In this document: positions 45,294-55,199 of the stretch, piece by piece
How the letters are laid out: each line of letters starts with the position of its first letter
How positions within the stretch are numbered: the first letter of the stretch is position 1
Assembly: GCA_965204725.1 (NCBI GenBank)
Contig: OZ242005.1
Coordinates: forward strand, 2,144,001-2,208,000
Length of the DNA: 64,000 nt
Reading direction: 5' to 3'
DNA from: Candidatus Latescibacterota bacterium
Lineage (GTDB): Bacteria; Latescibacterota; UBA2968; UBA8231
Translations under genes and position numbers: made by a program
The notes under the pieces: generated by a model
What the model was told of the DNA's origin: nothing
Seen by the model: only the letters and a program-made list of their open reading frames with translations
The model's database searches: none

Positions 45294-47444
45294 TTACGGC
45301 AGCTTGGTCGTCTTTTTCGCTTCCACCCGCCCTTCGACTTCCACCCGATAGACATACACCCCGGCCGCCACCGCTTTGCCCGCCTCGTCGCGGCCATCCC
45401 ACACAAACCGATGGCTACCCGCCCGCAACGGCCCGTCCCACACCTGACGCACCCGACGACCCAACACGTCATGTACCCGCAGTGATACTTCCGCCGCGTC
45501 CGTCGCCAAATCGAGGGGCAGCACCACCGCCGGATTGAACGGGTTGGGATAGCTGTCGCCCAGCCGATACTGCGCCGGTCGCGCAGCCGCCGATGTCCGC
45601 ACGGCCGTCGCGGTCGAGGCCAGCGAACTCTTGAGCAGATGCACCCCACCCCAGATCGGATCCAACACCACCAAATCCTCATCGCCATCGCCATCCATAT
45701 CCCCAGACAGCACGTGGGTCGCGCTGCCTTGCAGCCGATGCCGCTCTCCTTCTTGGGTCGGATTGACACGTCCCCCCCATTCGACGAACACCCCAAAGCC
45801 CGAAGCACGATCTCCGCCGATAAACACCCAATCGTCAACTCCATCGCCGTTGAGATCGCGCATCAGCACCGGCGAGCGTCGAAACAGCCGATCATCATAC
45901 AATACCGCCGATTCTGCGCCGCCCGTGCTCTTGCTCAGCCAGACGAGCCCCTTACTCCCTTCAAATTGATCCCGTGTGGACTCGGTGAGGAAATCCACCT
46001 GCCCGTCGCCATCAAAATCGCCCACCCCTAATAGCTGCCTATACCCCTCGCCGAATGCAAAGCTCTCGCCTTGCTGCAAGTCCCCGCCCAAAGCCTGCAC
46101 AAGCCACCTGTTTGACCGCCCGGCGATCGGCACCCACACCACGTCTAAGACCCCATCGCCAGTAACATCGCCGACCCGACTGGGCGCATAGTTTGGGTCG
46201 GCCGCTACCTCCTCGGCGGTCCACCCGCCCTCGGCTGCATCCCAGACCTCTAACGTGCTGCCCTCATACGTAACATTCTGCACAAATAATTCGACCCGAC
46301 CGTCGCTGTCCCAATCCGCTGTATCCGCGACCCACCGATCCGCGATCGGCACGAGCACCTCGACTTGCAGTTCCGGCCCGATAGACCACACTTCTGTTCT
46401 CTTTCCCTCGTTGCTTGTAGATAGCACGATTTCGTCGCGACCATCGCCGGTCAAGTCCGCACCCAGCACCCCTAAGACCACCCCGAAACTGCTCGTCACG
46501 CCTGTGTCCTCATCCGTACTCGTCTCCCCGGTGGCCGTTACTTCCTCTGTGCGCCTTAGTTTCAAGGCCCCGTGCCCGTCATTGAGCGCCATCAGCCAGC
46601 CATCTTTAGTCCTCACCCCTATCTGACCATCCTCCCAGACAGCGAACAGGTCTAAGTCGCCATCGCCATCCAAGTCCGTTAAGACGCCGACCTCCTCTCC
46701 ATAAGTACCGCCCCCTATGCCCGGGGCAATCGGATAGAACGCCGGCGCGGCAAAAAGGCCGATCCCGTCCAAGCGAAAATACTCTACGTAGGGCGGCGGC
46801 AGTTCCCCCTGTAAGAGCTCTTCCACGCCGGTCAACTCGATCCAGTCAACCTCGAACCACGCAACCTCAACCACGGCCGCCGCCGACCAAAGATCTACCT
46901 CTGTATCGAGAAGAAAACGGAGCCGAATATCTTTCAATAACCCCTCCCATATCTTCTCGTCTTGACCGGCCAACGACAGCACGATTTCCTGCCACTCAGT
47001 GGTATAGACTAGGTCTTGGACGGAGGTTTCAAACCGGCTGAGCGACAACAGCGGGTCTCCTGGATCCTGACCGGCAGCCAAGGCGTTGTGCTCGTTGGTC
47101 CAAGAGATTGAAAAATGACCGACCGTAGGACGATGATGGACGGTGCGGCAGCGGATGCGGACCCGGTCGAACAGGTCTGAATTGTACCCGATAGTCGGGG
47201 AAATCAATTTGAAATCCGCCCGGGAATCCCTCCCTCTGGTGCTGGAGGAATCGACCGCGATCCGCCACACGCCATCTTCGACCACACTTGGAAACAGGTT
47301 CGTTTCACGTGGCCCTCCCACCCCTATAAGTCCTTCTGTGGCAGACCACCCTTGCGTCGTCCCATCGTCGAACTCCCACTTGATCGCCGCGGCGGGATCG
47401 TTCCACAGCATCACGGCGGCAACAACGGCGAATAGCAGTAGCAT
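45294..47444 (-). CDS. FG-GAP + FlgD-Ig secreted protein, paralog J (716 aa)
   Basis: Same architecture; AAAGGAG RBS before ATG 47444. Confidence 0.88.
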   Translation of the reverse strand: MLLLFAVVAAVMLWNDPAAAIKWEFDDGTTQGWSATEGLIGVGGPRETNLFPSVVEDGVWRIAVDSSSTRGRDSRADFKLISPTIGYNSDLFDRVRIRCRTVHHRPTVGHFSISWTNEHNALAAGQDPGDPLLSLSRFETSVQDLVYTTEWQEIVLSLAGQDEKIWEGLLKDIRLRFLLDTEVDLWSAAAVVEVAWFEVDWIELTGVEELLQGELPPPYVEYFRLDGIGLFAAPAFYPIAPGIGGGTYGEEVGVLTDLDGDGDLDLFAVWEDGQIGVRTKDGWLMALNDGHGALKLRRTEEVTATGETSTDEDTGVTSSFGVVLGVLGADLTGDGRDEIVLSTSNEGKRTEVWSIGPELQVEVLVPIADRWVADTADWDSDGRVELFVQNVTYEGSTLEVWDAAEGGWTAEEVAADPNYAPSRVGDVTGDGVLDVVWVPIAGRSNRWLVQALGGDLQQGESFAFGEGYRQLLGVGDFDGDGQVDFLTESTRDQFEGSKGLVWLSKSTGGAESAVLYDDRLFRRSPVLMRDLNGDGVDDWVFIGGDRASGFGVFVEWGGRVNPTQEGERHRLQGSATHVLSGDMDGDGDEDLVVLDPIWGGVHLLKSSLASTATAVRTSAAARPAQYRLGDSYPNPFNPAVVLPLDLATDAAEVSLRVHDVLGRRVRQVWDGPLRAGSHRFVWDGRDEAGKAVAAGVYVYRVEVEGRVEAKKTTKLP

Positions 47445-47538
47445 AGCACATCTCCTTTGCAACAATTTCGGCTCCAGTCAGGTATAGATGATTTAGGCGG
47501 TCTTATGCCCTCTCACCGGCTCACGTTTCAACCACTCC

Positions 47539-49644
47539 TTACGGCAGCTTGGTCATTTTTTTCGCTTCCACCCGCCCGTCCATCTCGACCCGATAGATAT
47601 ACACGCCCGCCGCCACCGCCCTGCCTGCCTCGTCGCGGCCATCCCATACAAACCGATGGCTGCCTGCCCCCAGCGACCCCTGCCACACCTGACGCACCCG
47701 ACGACCCAACACGTCATGTACCCGCAGCGACACCGTCGCCGCGTCCTTAGCCAAATCAAGGGGCAACACCACCGCCGGATTGAACGGGTTGGGATAGCTG
47801 TCGCCCAGCCGGTACTGCGCCGGTCGCGCAGCCGCCGACGTCTGCACGGCCGTCGGCGTCGAAGCCAGCGAACTCTTGAGGACATGCACCCCACCCCAGA
47901 TCGGATCCAACACCACCAAATCCTCATCGCCATCGCCATCCATATCCCCGGACAGCACGCGGAGCCCAACGCTCTGCAGCCGATGCCGCTCCCCGTCTTG
48001 GGTCGGATTGACACGTCCCCCCCATTCGACGAACACCCCAAACCCCGAAGCGCGGTCTCCGCCGATAAACACCCAGTCGTCAACCCCATCGCCGTTGAGA
48101 TCGCGCATCAGCACCGGCGAGAGTCGAAACAGCCGATCATCATACAACACCGCCGATTCTGCGCCGCCGGCACTCTTGCTCAGCCAGACGAGCCCCTTGC
48201 TCCCTTCAAATTCATCCCGTGTGAACTCGGTGAGTACATCCACCTGCCCATCGCCATCAAAATCGCCCACCCCTAACAGCTTCTTCCAAGCCTCCAATTC
48301 AAAGACCTCGTTTTGCTGAAACTCAGCACCCAAGGCTCCCACCGCCCACGTGTTCGCCTGCCCGACCATCGGTATCCACACCACGTCGAGCACCCCATCG
48401 CCGGTAACGTCGCCAACCCGATAGGCCACATGGTGTTGAGCCGCGGCCACCTCAGCGGATGTCCACACACCCTGTTCCACATCCCAGACTTCTAAAGTGC
48501 TCCCCGCAACAAACAGTTCGGCCTGACCATCGCCATCCCAATCCGCTGCATCCACGATCCATCGATCCGCGATTTGCACCAGCACCTCAACTTGGAGCTC
48601 TGCCCCGATAGACCACACTTCTGTTACCGCTTCCTCCCCGGCGCTCTTATACAGCACGATTTCGTCTCGACCATCGCCGGTCAAGTCCGCCCCCAGCACC
48701 TCTAAGTCCACCCCGGTGACGGTTATACTTCCAGTTTCCGCATCGGTACTAAGCAGCCCTGCGCCCGCTACTTCCTCTATGCGCCTCAGTTCCAAGCCCC
48801 CGTGCCCGTCGTTGAGAGCCATCAGCCAGCCCACTTTAGACCCTGCCTTCCCCTTCTCTCTTTGAGGATACGTCCAGACAGCGAATAGATCTAGGTCGCC
48901 ATCGCCCTCTAAGTCCGTCAAGATACCCTTCTGTGCTCCGGCAAAGCTGTAGCTGTTCCCGATACCCGGCGCAATCGGATAGAACACCGGCGGCGCAAAA
49001 AGCCCCGCCGCATCCCAGCGAAGATACGCTACCGGCGGCGGCGGCAGTTCCCCCTGTAGCAACTCTTCCACGCCGGTCAACTCGATCCAGTCGACCTCAA
49101 ACCACTCCACCGTATCCGATGTCGATTCAACGTCCGAACGATCCAGTGAAAAACTGAGCCGAATATCTTTTAGTAGCCCCTCCCATCTCTTCTCGTCGCG
49201 ACCTACCAAGACAACCACCAATTCCTGCCACTCGGTGGTATAGACGATCTCTTGGAAGAAGGTTGCAAACGCAAGATCCAGACCTGACGGCAGGGCGTTG
49301 TGCTCGTTGGTCCAAGCGAATGAAAAATTACCCATTGTAGGGCGGTGATGGACGATGCGGCAGCGGATGCGGACGTGGTCGAACAGACCCGAATCATACC
49401 CAATGGTCGGCGAAATCAATTCGACCTGCGGCGTAGAGTAGATCCCCTTGGTGACGGCGGGATCGACCGCGATCCGCCACACGCCATCTTCAACCACCCC
49501 CGGAAATTGGTGCAGTTCATGTATCCCTCCCGTAGCTTCTTTGGCGGACCACCCTTGCGTCGTCCCATCGTCGAACTCCCACCGAATCGCCCCGGCAGGA
49601 CCGCTCCACAGCACCACGCTTGCAACAACGGCAAACTTCAACAT
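47539..49644 (-). CDS. FG-GAP + FlgD-Ig secreted protein, paralog K (701 aa)
   Basis: Same architecture; GGAGGTG RBS before ATG 49644; first gene after P3. Confidence 0.88.
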   Translation of the reverse strand: MLKFAVVASVVLWSGPAGAIRWEFDDGTTQGWSAKEATGGIHELHQFPGVVEDGVWRIAVDPAVTKGIYSTPQVELISPTIGYDSGLFDHVRIRCRIVHHRPTMGNFSFAWTNEHNALPSGLDLAFATFFQEIVYTTEWQELVVVLVGRDEKRWEGLLKDIRLSFSLDRSDVESTSDTVEWFEVDWIELTGVEELLQGELPPPPVAYLRWDAAGLFAPPVFYPIAPGIGNSYSFAGAQKGILTDLEGDGDLDLFAVWTYPQREKGKAGSKVGWLMALNDGHGGLELRRIEEVAGAGLLSTDAETGSITVTGVDLEVLGADLTGDGRDEIVLYKSAGEEAVTEVWSIGAELQVEVLVQIADRWIVDAADWDGDGQAELFVAGSTLEVWDVEQGVWTSAEVAAAQHHVAYRVGDVTGDGVLDVVWIPMVGQANTWAVGALGAEFQQNEVFELEAWKKLLGVGDFDGDGQVDVLTEFTRDEFEGSKGLVWLSKSAGGAESAVLYDDRLFRLSPVLMRDLNGDGVDDWVFIGGDRASGFGVFVEWGGRVNPTQDGERHRLQSVGLRVLSGDMDGDGDEDLVVLDPIWGGVHVLKSSLASTPTAVQTSAAARPAQYRLGDSYPNPFNPAVVLPLDLAKDAATVSLRVHDVLGRRVRQVWQGSLGAGSHRFVWDGRDEAGRAVAAGVYIYRVEMDGRVEAKKMTKLP

Positions 49645-49700
49645 GCTATCACCTCCGTAGAGACTTTCAGAAAATTGAGCACGGTTTCTACGGATTATAT

Positions 49701-49717
49701 ATGCAAATTGCGTACCA
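49701..49717 (-). promoter_or_regulatory. Sigma-54 promoter P3 (TGGTACGCAATTTGCAT)
   Basis: GG-N10-GC spacing; one mismatch to P2. Confidence 0.85.
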
Positions 49718-49839
49718 AAAAGCAGGGTACGCACAAAAAAATCCTTTAGGATGATCCTAAAAGATTGAAAATATAGGAGTTATAAAAATTAATTTCTCTT
49801 TTTTCAGCCCATGTACTCGCAATAGGGAACCATGTTTTG

Positions 49840-49899
49840 TCGTATAAAATCGTATAAAGTCGTATTAAATACGACTTTATACGATTTTATACGATTTTT
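49840..49899. promoter_or_regulatory. 3+3 inverted AAAATCGTAT array, copy 3
   Basis: Inner units changed symmetrically to AAAGTCGTAT and ATACGACTTT. Confidence 0.8.
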
Positions 49900-49954
49900 C
49901 TGCGGCATCGGCAGGCCGCGATTTCTCGCCCCGTTAAGACGATTTCTTCGCTTC

Positions 49955-49983
49955 TTGACAAGGATAGCCCGTTAAGCTAGCAT
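49955..49983 (+). promoter_or_regulatory. Sigma-70-type promoter TTGACA-17-TAGCAT
   Basis: Perfect -35 box and 17-nt spacer, upstream of ATG 50008. Confidence 0.65.
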
Positions 49984-50007
49984 CCTTATATAACATACCC
50001 CAACGCC

Positions 50008-50673
50008 ATGGTAGCTACCCGCATCCTCAAGACGGTGCTCGCACCCGCTCTCATTTTATTACCCACCCCCAACCCAAGCGTCGTGCGCGACATGGCCCGC
50101 GACATCGACGGCTTGCAACGCGCCGAGTGCGAATACCAAGGCATTGTGGCTCGCTTCGACGAACTGACCCGCGCCTACATCCTGCAAGTGTACGAAGGCG
50201 GCCAACTGCTCCGCTGGCAGGCCCGGCCCAGCCCCTACAACCCCGAGACCGAGACCTTGGTCTCCGCCATCTTTACCGCGGCCGGCCCCAAAGCCGCCGC
50301 CCCCGTGCCCGAACTAGCCCCCCTCCGCCCCCACAGCCCCGCAGAGGCTGAGATCACTTGGCGGTACAGCAAGCTAGCGGCGACGCAGGTCGCCCCCCAC
50401 AGCGACTTGGCCCGCGACGCCTTGGCCGTGTTTAGAGCCACAGTCGATGGCTTTATCGAGCGCATGGTGTACGCGCCCGCCGGCGGCGTGTTGCGCGCAG
50501 CCCCCGCGCCGAGTGCTCCCATGCTGGCCCGCATCGAGGCGGGTGTGGTCCTGCTCGTCGAGGAAGAGCGCGCCGGCTACGTGCGGGTACGCCAGCCGCC
50601 CGCAGCAGCGGCCGGGTGGCTCAAGCGCGAGCAAGTGCGAGCGGTTGGAGAAGCCGGTGGACGCAATCATTGA
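50008..50673 (+). CDS. Hypothetical exported protein with a C-terminal SH3b-like domain
   Basis: [24 protein letters not shown]; overlaps the start of the ABC ATPase. Confidence 0.6.
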   Translation: MVATRILKTVLAPALILLPTPNPSVVRDMARDIDGLQRAECEYQGIVARFDELTRAYILQVYEGGQLLRWQARPSPYNPETETLVSAIFTAAGPKAAAPVPELAPLRPHSPAEAEITWRYSKLAATQVAPHSDLARDALAVFRATVDGFIERMVYAPAGGVLRAAPAPSAPMLARIEAGVVLLVEEERAGYVRVRQPPAAAAGWLKREQVRAVGEAGGRNH

Positions 50674-51355
50674 AATACGCAACCTGACCAAGACCTACGA
50701 CATGGGAGCGACGGCCGTTCACGCCCTAAGCGAGGTCGATCTCTGCGTGGCTGCTGGCGAATACGTAGCCATCATGGGGCCTTCGGGGTCGGGCAAGAGC
50801 ACCTTGCTCAACATCCTCGGCTGCCTCGATGTACCCACCTCGGGCCGCTACGCGCTCGGCCAAGCCCTCGTCAGCGAAATGGACGACGACGACTTAGCGC
50901 GGATCCGCAATCGAGAAATCGGCTTTGTCTTCCAAACCTTTAACCTCCTGCCCCGCGCCAACGCCTTGGGCAATGTCGAGCTCCCCCTGATTTACAGCGG
51001 CCTGCCGGCGCGTCAACGCCGCGAGCAGGCCGCCCGCGCCCTCGACTCCGTGGGCTTGGCCGAGCGCAGCGACCACCGGCCCAACGAGCTATCCGGCGGC
51101 CAGCGGCAGCGCGTGGCCATCGCCCGCGCCCTCGTCAACGACCCCTCCATCATCCTCGCCGACGAGCCGACCGGCGCCCTCGATTCCCGTACCGGCGACG
51201 AGATCATGGATCTGTTCGACCAAGTACACGCTGCGGGCAACACCGTCCTCCTCGTGACGCACGAAGAGCACCTCGCCCGCCGCAGCCGCCGCATCGTCCG
51301 CTTCCGCGATGGCCGCATTGAAAGTGATCGCCCGACCGCGGAGGCCGCCCGGTGA
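50657..51355 (+). CDS. MacB/LolD-type ABC ATPase (232 aa)
   Basis: [38 protein letters not shown] start at 50657. Confidence 0.95.
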   Translation: MDAIIEIRNLTKTYDMGATAVHALSEVDLCVAAGEYVAIMGPSGSGKSTLLNILGCLDVPTSGRYALGQALVSEMDDDDLARIRNREIGFVFQTFNLLPRANALGNVELPLIYSGLPARQRREQAARALDSVGLAERSDHRPNELSGGQRQRVAIARALVNDPSIILADEPTGALDSRTGDEIMDLFDQVHAAGNTVLLVTHEEHLARRSRRIVRFRDGRIESDRPTAEAAR

Positions 51356-52536
51356 AAGCGGTCTTTTGCGCGCTCGTGCTGTGCGCCTGTCGGGACGCGC
51401 CGCCCGACCTGCCCACGGCCGAGGTCGTGCGCGGCGATTTTGCGGTGACGCATGTTGAAGGGGGCGAGGTGTGCGCGGCCAGCGGCGAGGTGGTCATGTC
51501 GCCGCGAATCGGCGGTCGGCTCAAGATCATCCACCTCTGGCCCGAAGGCGAGCAAGTAGATGTCGGCGATTTGCTCCTCCAGTTCGACCCGGCCGATTTT
51601 GAACGGGAGATGCTCGACCGCGAGGGCCAACTCGAACAGGCCCACTCGGACTTGGCCAAGGCCAAGGCTTGGCACGGGCAACGCCTCGCCGACATCAAGC
51701 GTCAGATCCAGCAGCAGCAAGCCGAGCTCCAACTCGCCGCGCTCAACCAAGAGCGCCAGCAGTTCGCCTCCACTATAGAACAAGAGCAAGGGCGCATCAA
51801 TTTGGCCAAGGCCCGGCGCGCCATAGCGGAAGCGCGGCAGGAGTCCGTGGCCCAAGAAGTGGTCAACCGCGTGGATTTTCGCAAACACGAGCTGAACATC
51901 GCCCGCAGGCAGGAGCGCTACGAAAGGGCGCGGCGCGACTACGAGCGCACCAGCGTCTATGCGGCCAAACCGGGTATTGTGGTCTATCGCAAAATCTGGA
52001 AACCGGGCACCGACGAAGAGGGCAAAGTCGCAATCGGCGACCAAGTTTGGGGCGGCCGCGCGCTGCTCGACATCCCGGACATGAGCAAGATGCAGGTGCT
52101 GTGCCTCATCGGCGAAATGGACATTGAGCGCGTGCGCGTCGGCCAGCGGGCCTTCGTCCGCCTCGAAGCCTTCCCCGGGCCGGTCTTCAACGGCGCCGTA
52201 GCCGACATCGCGCCCATGGCCTCCCCCCAGCCCGGCGCACCCGACATCCACGTCTTTGAGCTGGTCATCGCCATCGACGAACAGGACGCCCGGCTCAAAC
52301 CGGGCATGTCCGCAGAAGTCGAGATCGTCCTCCACGCCCTCCCCAACGTCCTCTCCGTGCCCCTAAACGCCGTGTTTGCCCGCGCCGACCGCTGGGTTGC
52401 CTATCGGCTCACAGGCGGCGAGTTCGCCGAAGTTGAGGTCGAATTGTCCGCGCAAAACGCCACCGCGGCCACGGTCACTTCCGGCCTAGCCGAAGGCGAC
52501 ATCGTCGCCCTCAAAGATCCCACGGTCCCCCAATGA
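51352..52536 (+). CDS. Periplasmic adaptor (MacA/HlyD-like), probable lipoprotein
   Basis: LCAC lipobox-like signal; [11 protein letters not shown] lipoyl half-motif; coiled coil; LKPGMSA. Confidence 0.9.
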   Translation: MKAVFCALVLCACRDAPPDLPTAEVVRGDFAVTHVEGGEVCAASGEVVMSPRIGGRLKIIHLWPEGEQVDVGDLLLQFDPADFEREMLDREGQLEQAHSDLAKAKAWHGQRLADIKRQIQQQQAELQLAALNQERQQFASTIEQEQGRINLAKARRAIAEARQESVAQEVVNRVDFRKHELNIARRQERYERARRDYERTSVYAAKPGIVVYRKIWKPGTDEEGKVAIGDQVWGGRALLDIPDMSKMQVLCLIGEMDIERVRVGQRAFVRLEAFPGPVFNGAVADIAPMASPQPGAPDIHVFELVIAIDEQDARLKPGMSAEVEIVLHALPNVLSVPLNAVFARADRWVAYRLTGGEFAEVEVELSAQNATAATVTSGLAEGDIVALKDPTVPQ

Positions 52537-53891
52537 AGAGCACCAACGGCCGCCGCAAGTGGTGGATCGCCGTGCTCTGTGCGGTCGCGGTGTTGGCCGT
52601 GTTTATCGCCTTGCGGCAGATGCCCGGCACCTCCGCGTCCTCCGTCCCTTCCTACCCCGTCCAGCAGGGCGAATTCGTCATCTCCTTGCAGCTCAAAGGC
52701 GGCGAACTCGAAGCCGTCAAGGCCGAAAACATCGTCGCGCCCCGCGTCCGCGGGCAGCTCAAGATCGTCGAGTTGTTTCCCGAGGGCGAGCAAGTCGCCG
52801 TGGGCGATCTGCTCGTCCAGTTTGAGCAGACCGACTTTCAGAAGCGGGTCATGGACGCCGAGCAGCAAGTCGAGTCTGCCCGGGCCGACTTGGAGAAAAC
52901 GCAGGCCACCCAGAAGGTTGAGATCGCCAAGCTCGAAGCCGACATCAAAAACCAAGAGGCCAACTTGCGCCTCGCCGAGCTCCAAGTTGAGCGCATGGCC
53001 TTTGAAGCCACCGTGCAAAAAGAAGAGGCCCAAATCGAGGCCCACAAAGCCGAGCTAAGCCACCAGCAAGCCTTTGAAAAACTAGCGTCGCAACAGGTGG
53101 TCAACAACGCCGAGGTCAGGAAGCGTCAGCTCGAAATCGAGCGCAACGAGCGCGAGCTAGAAAAGGCCCGCCAGGAATTGGCGAGCACGACCATCAAGGC
53201 CGAAAAGCCCGGCTTGGTGGTGTACGGCAAGGTGTGGAAGGGCGAGCGGCCAGAAAAAGTGCGCGTCGGCGACGAAATTTGGGGCGGGGTCAACGTCATC
53301 TCCCTGCCCGACCTCTCCCGGATGCAGGTCAAGACCTATGTCAACGAGGTCGAGGTCGATAAGCTAGACACCGGACAAGTGGCTCTCATCCAGCTCGACG
53401 CCCTGCCCGGCCCCACCTTCCACGGTCGCATCAAGAGCATTGCCTCGCTCGGCCGCGAAAAGGAGGGCGAAAAAAACGTCAAGGTCTTCGACGTGGTGCT
53501 CGCCATAGAGGAACAAGACGCTCGGCTCAAGCCCGGCATGACCGCGACTGCCGAAGTCATCGTCGAGACCATCCCGCCCCAGCCGGCCGCCGCGCCCGAC
53601 TCCGTGCAAACCGCGGCCACCGCCGAGGTCGCCACGGCCGCGCCGCGGCCCTTGTACATCCCCTTAGACGCGGTTTTTGAAAAGGACGGGCGCGCCCTCG
53701 TCTATTGCCTCGTCGGCGGCCAGCCCGAGGAGCGGGCCGTGACGCTGGGCCAGAAAAACGAGGACTTCGTCATCGTCGAGCACGGGCTGGCCCCGGGCGA
53801 TCGCGTCGCCCTGCGCGACCCGACCCAAGCGGTCGACCTCATCGGCGGCATGGACGCGGCCCCGGAGGCGAACGCGCCCGCCGTGCGCTAA
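52533..53891 (+). CDS. Second periplasmic adaptor (MacA/HlyD-like)
   Basis: N-terminal TM anchor; EGEQVAVGDLL; LKPGMTA. Confidence 0.9.
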   Translation: MKSTNGRRKWWIAVLCAVAVLAVFIALRQMPGTSASSVPSYPVQQGEFVISLQLKGGELEAVKAENIVAPRVRGQLKIVELFPEGEQVAVGDLLVQFEQTDFQKRVMDAEQQVESARADLEKTQATQKVEIAKLEADIKNQEANLRLAELQVERMAFEATVQKEEAQIEAHKAELSHQQAFEKLASQQVVNNAEVRKRQLEIERNERELEKARQELASTTIKAEKPGLVVYGKVWKGERPEKVRVGDEIWGGVNVISLPDLSRMQVKTYVNEVEVDKLDTGQVALIQLDALPGPTFHGRIKSIASLGREKEGEKNVKVFDVVLAIEEQDARLKPGMTATAEVIVETIPPQPAAAPDSVQTAATAEVATAAPRPLYIPLDAVFEKDGRALVYCLVGGQPEERAVTLGQKNEDFVIVEHGLAPGDRVALRDPTQAVDLIGGMDAAPEANAPAVR

Positions 53892-53894
53892 TCC

Positions 53895-55136
53895 ATGGAC
53901 CTGCGCGAAACCGCCGCCGTGAGCTGGGTCGGGCTGCTCTCGCACAAGCTGCGGACGATGCTCACCATGCTCGGCATCGTCTTTGGCGTGGCCGCGGTCA
54001 TCGCCATGCTGTCCATCGGTGAGGGCGCCAAACAAGAATCCCTCGAACAAATTCGCCAGATGGGCATTAGCAACATCATCGTCCAGCACTGGAAAAAGGA
54101 CGAAGCGGACGACGCGACCGACGCCGACCACAACCGCTCGGCCGGCCTGACGTGGGACGACGCCCGCTCCATCGCCGCGATATGCCTTTTGGCCGAGTAC
54201 GCCACCCCGCAACGCGAGGTCAAGGTCAAGGCCCAAGCCCAAGGCAACACCTTTCACACTATGGCGGTGGGCACGACGCCCGACTATCGCACCGTGCTCG
54301 ACGCCCGCATGAGCAGCGGCGCGTTCTTCTCGGCCGCAGACATGCTCGACGCCAAGCGCGTTTGCGTGTTGGGCGCGGACGCCAAGCGGGCGCTGTTCTT
54401 TTTGGACGATCCCCTCGGTGGCCGGGTCAAAATCCGCAACCAGTGGTTTACGGTCATCGGCGTCCTCCAAGACAAGGGCGCGGCCGGCGGCAAAATCGGC
54501 GGCGTGCTCGAAGTCCGCAACACCGACGAGGACATCTACGTCCCGCTGACGGCCCTGCTCAACCGCTTCCACCGCGAGCCGGGCGCGCCCGAGCTGACCC
54601 AAATCACCGTCAAAATCCCCAGCTCCGACCAACTGCCAGAGGCCGCGGCCATCGTGCGCACCATCCTCAACCGGCGGCATCGCGGCGTCGAGGACTTCAA
54701 GATCGCCATTCCCGAAGAGCTGTTGCGCCAGAGCCAGAAAACCCAGCAGATCTTCAACATCGTCATGGGCTGCATCGCCGGCATCTCCCTATTGGTCGGT
54801 GGCATCGGCATCATGAACATCATGTTGGCTTCGGTGCTAGAGCGCACGCGCGAGATCGGCATCCGCCGCGCCTTGGGCGCCCGGCGGCGCGACATCCTCG
54901 CGCAATTTTTGGTCGAGTCCCTGTTGGTCAGTCTAATCGGCGGCCTGATTGGGGTGGTGCTCGGCTACGCCATCCCGGAATTGATCACCCTGTACGCGGG
55001 CTGGCGCACCATCGTCCAGCCTTGGACCATTGCCCTCGCCTTTGGGGTCTCAGCCGCGGTCGGCATTGGCTTTGGCATCTACCCGGCCCGCCAAGCCGCC
55101 CTGCTCAACCCCATAGACGCCCTGCGCTACGAATAG
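53895..55136 (+). CDS. MacB/FtsX-type ABC permease
   Basis: LTMLGIVFGVAAVI; ISLLVGGIGIMNIMLASVLERTREIGIRRALGA; PIDALRYE. Confidence 0.95.
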   Translation: MDLRETAAVSWVGLLSHKLRTMLTMLGIVFGVAAVIAMLSIGEGAKQESLEQIRQMGISNIIVQHWKKDEADDATDADHNRSAGLTWDDARSIAAICLLAEYATPQREVKVKAQAQGNTFHTMAVGTTPDYRTVLDARMSSGAFFSAADMLDAKRVCVLGADAKRALFFLDDPLGGRVKIRNQWFTVIGVLQDKGAAGGKIGGVLEVRNTDEDIYVPLTALLNRFHREPGAPELTQITVKIPSSDQLPEAAAIVRTILNRRHRGVEDFKIAIPEELLRQSQKTQQIFNIVMGCIAGISLLVGGIGIMNIMLASVLERTREIGIRRALGARRRDILAQFLVESLLVSLIGGLIGVVLGYAIPELITLYAGWRTIVQPWTIALAFGVSAAVGIGFGIYPARQAALLNPIDALRYE

Positions 55137-55199
55137 CCTTTTGACGGCAGCCGCCGCGTTCCTTACTTATTTAGCCCACCCGCACGAGAGGAAGGCCGC

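Noticed and set aside
26938-49644. Diversity-generating retroelement or shufflon behind the paralog variation
   Set aside because: No reverse transcriptase or invertase in the window; all copies are full-length and co-oriented; variable loops differ by indels rather than by adenine-only substitutions.
55141-55169. Possible sigma-70 promoter TTGACG-17-TACTTA before the small HTH gene
   Set aside because: The -10 box lacks the conserved final T; too weak to call.
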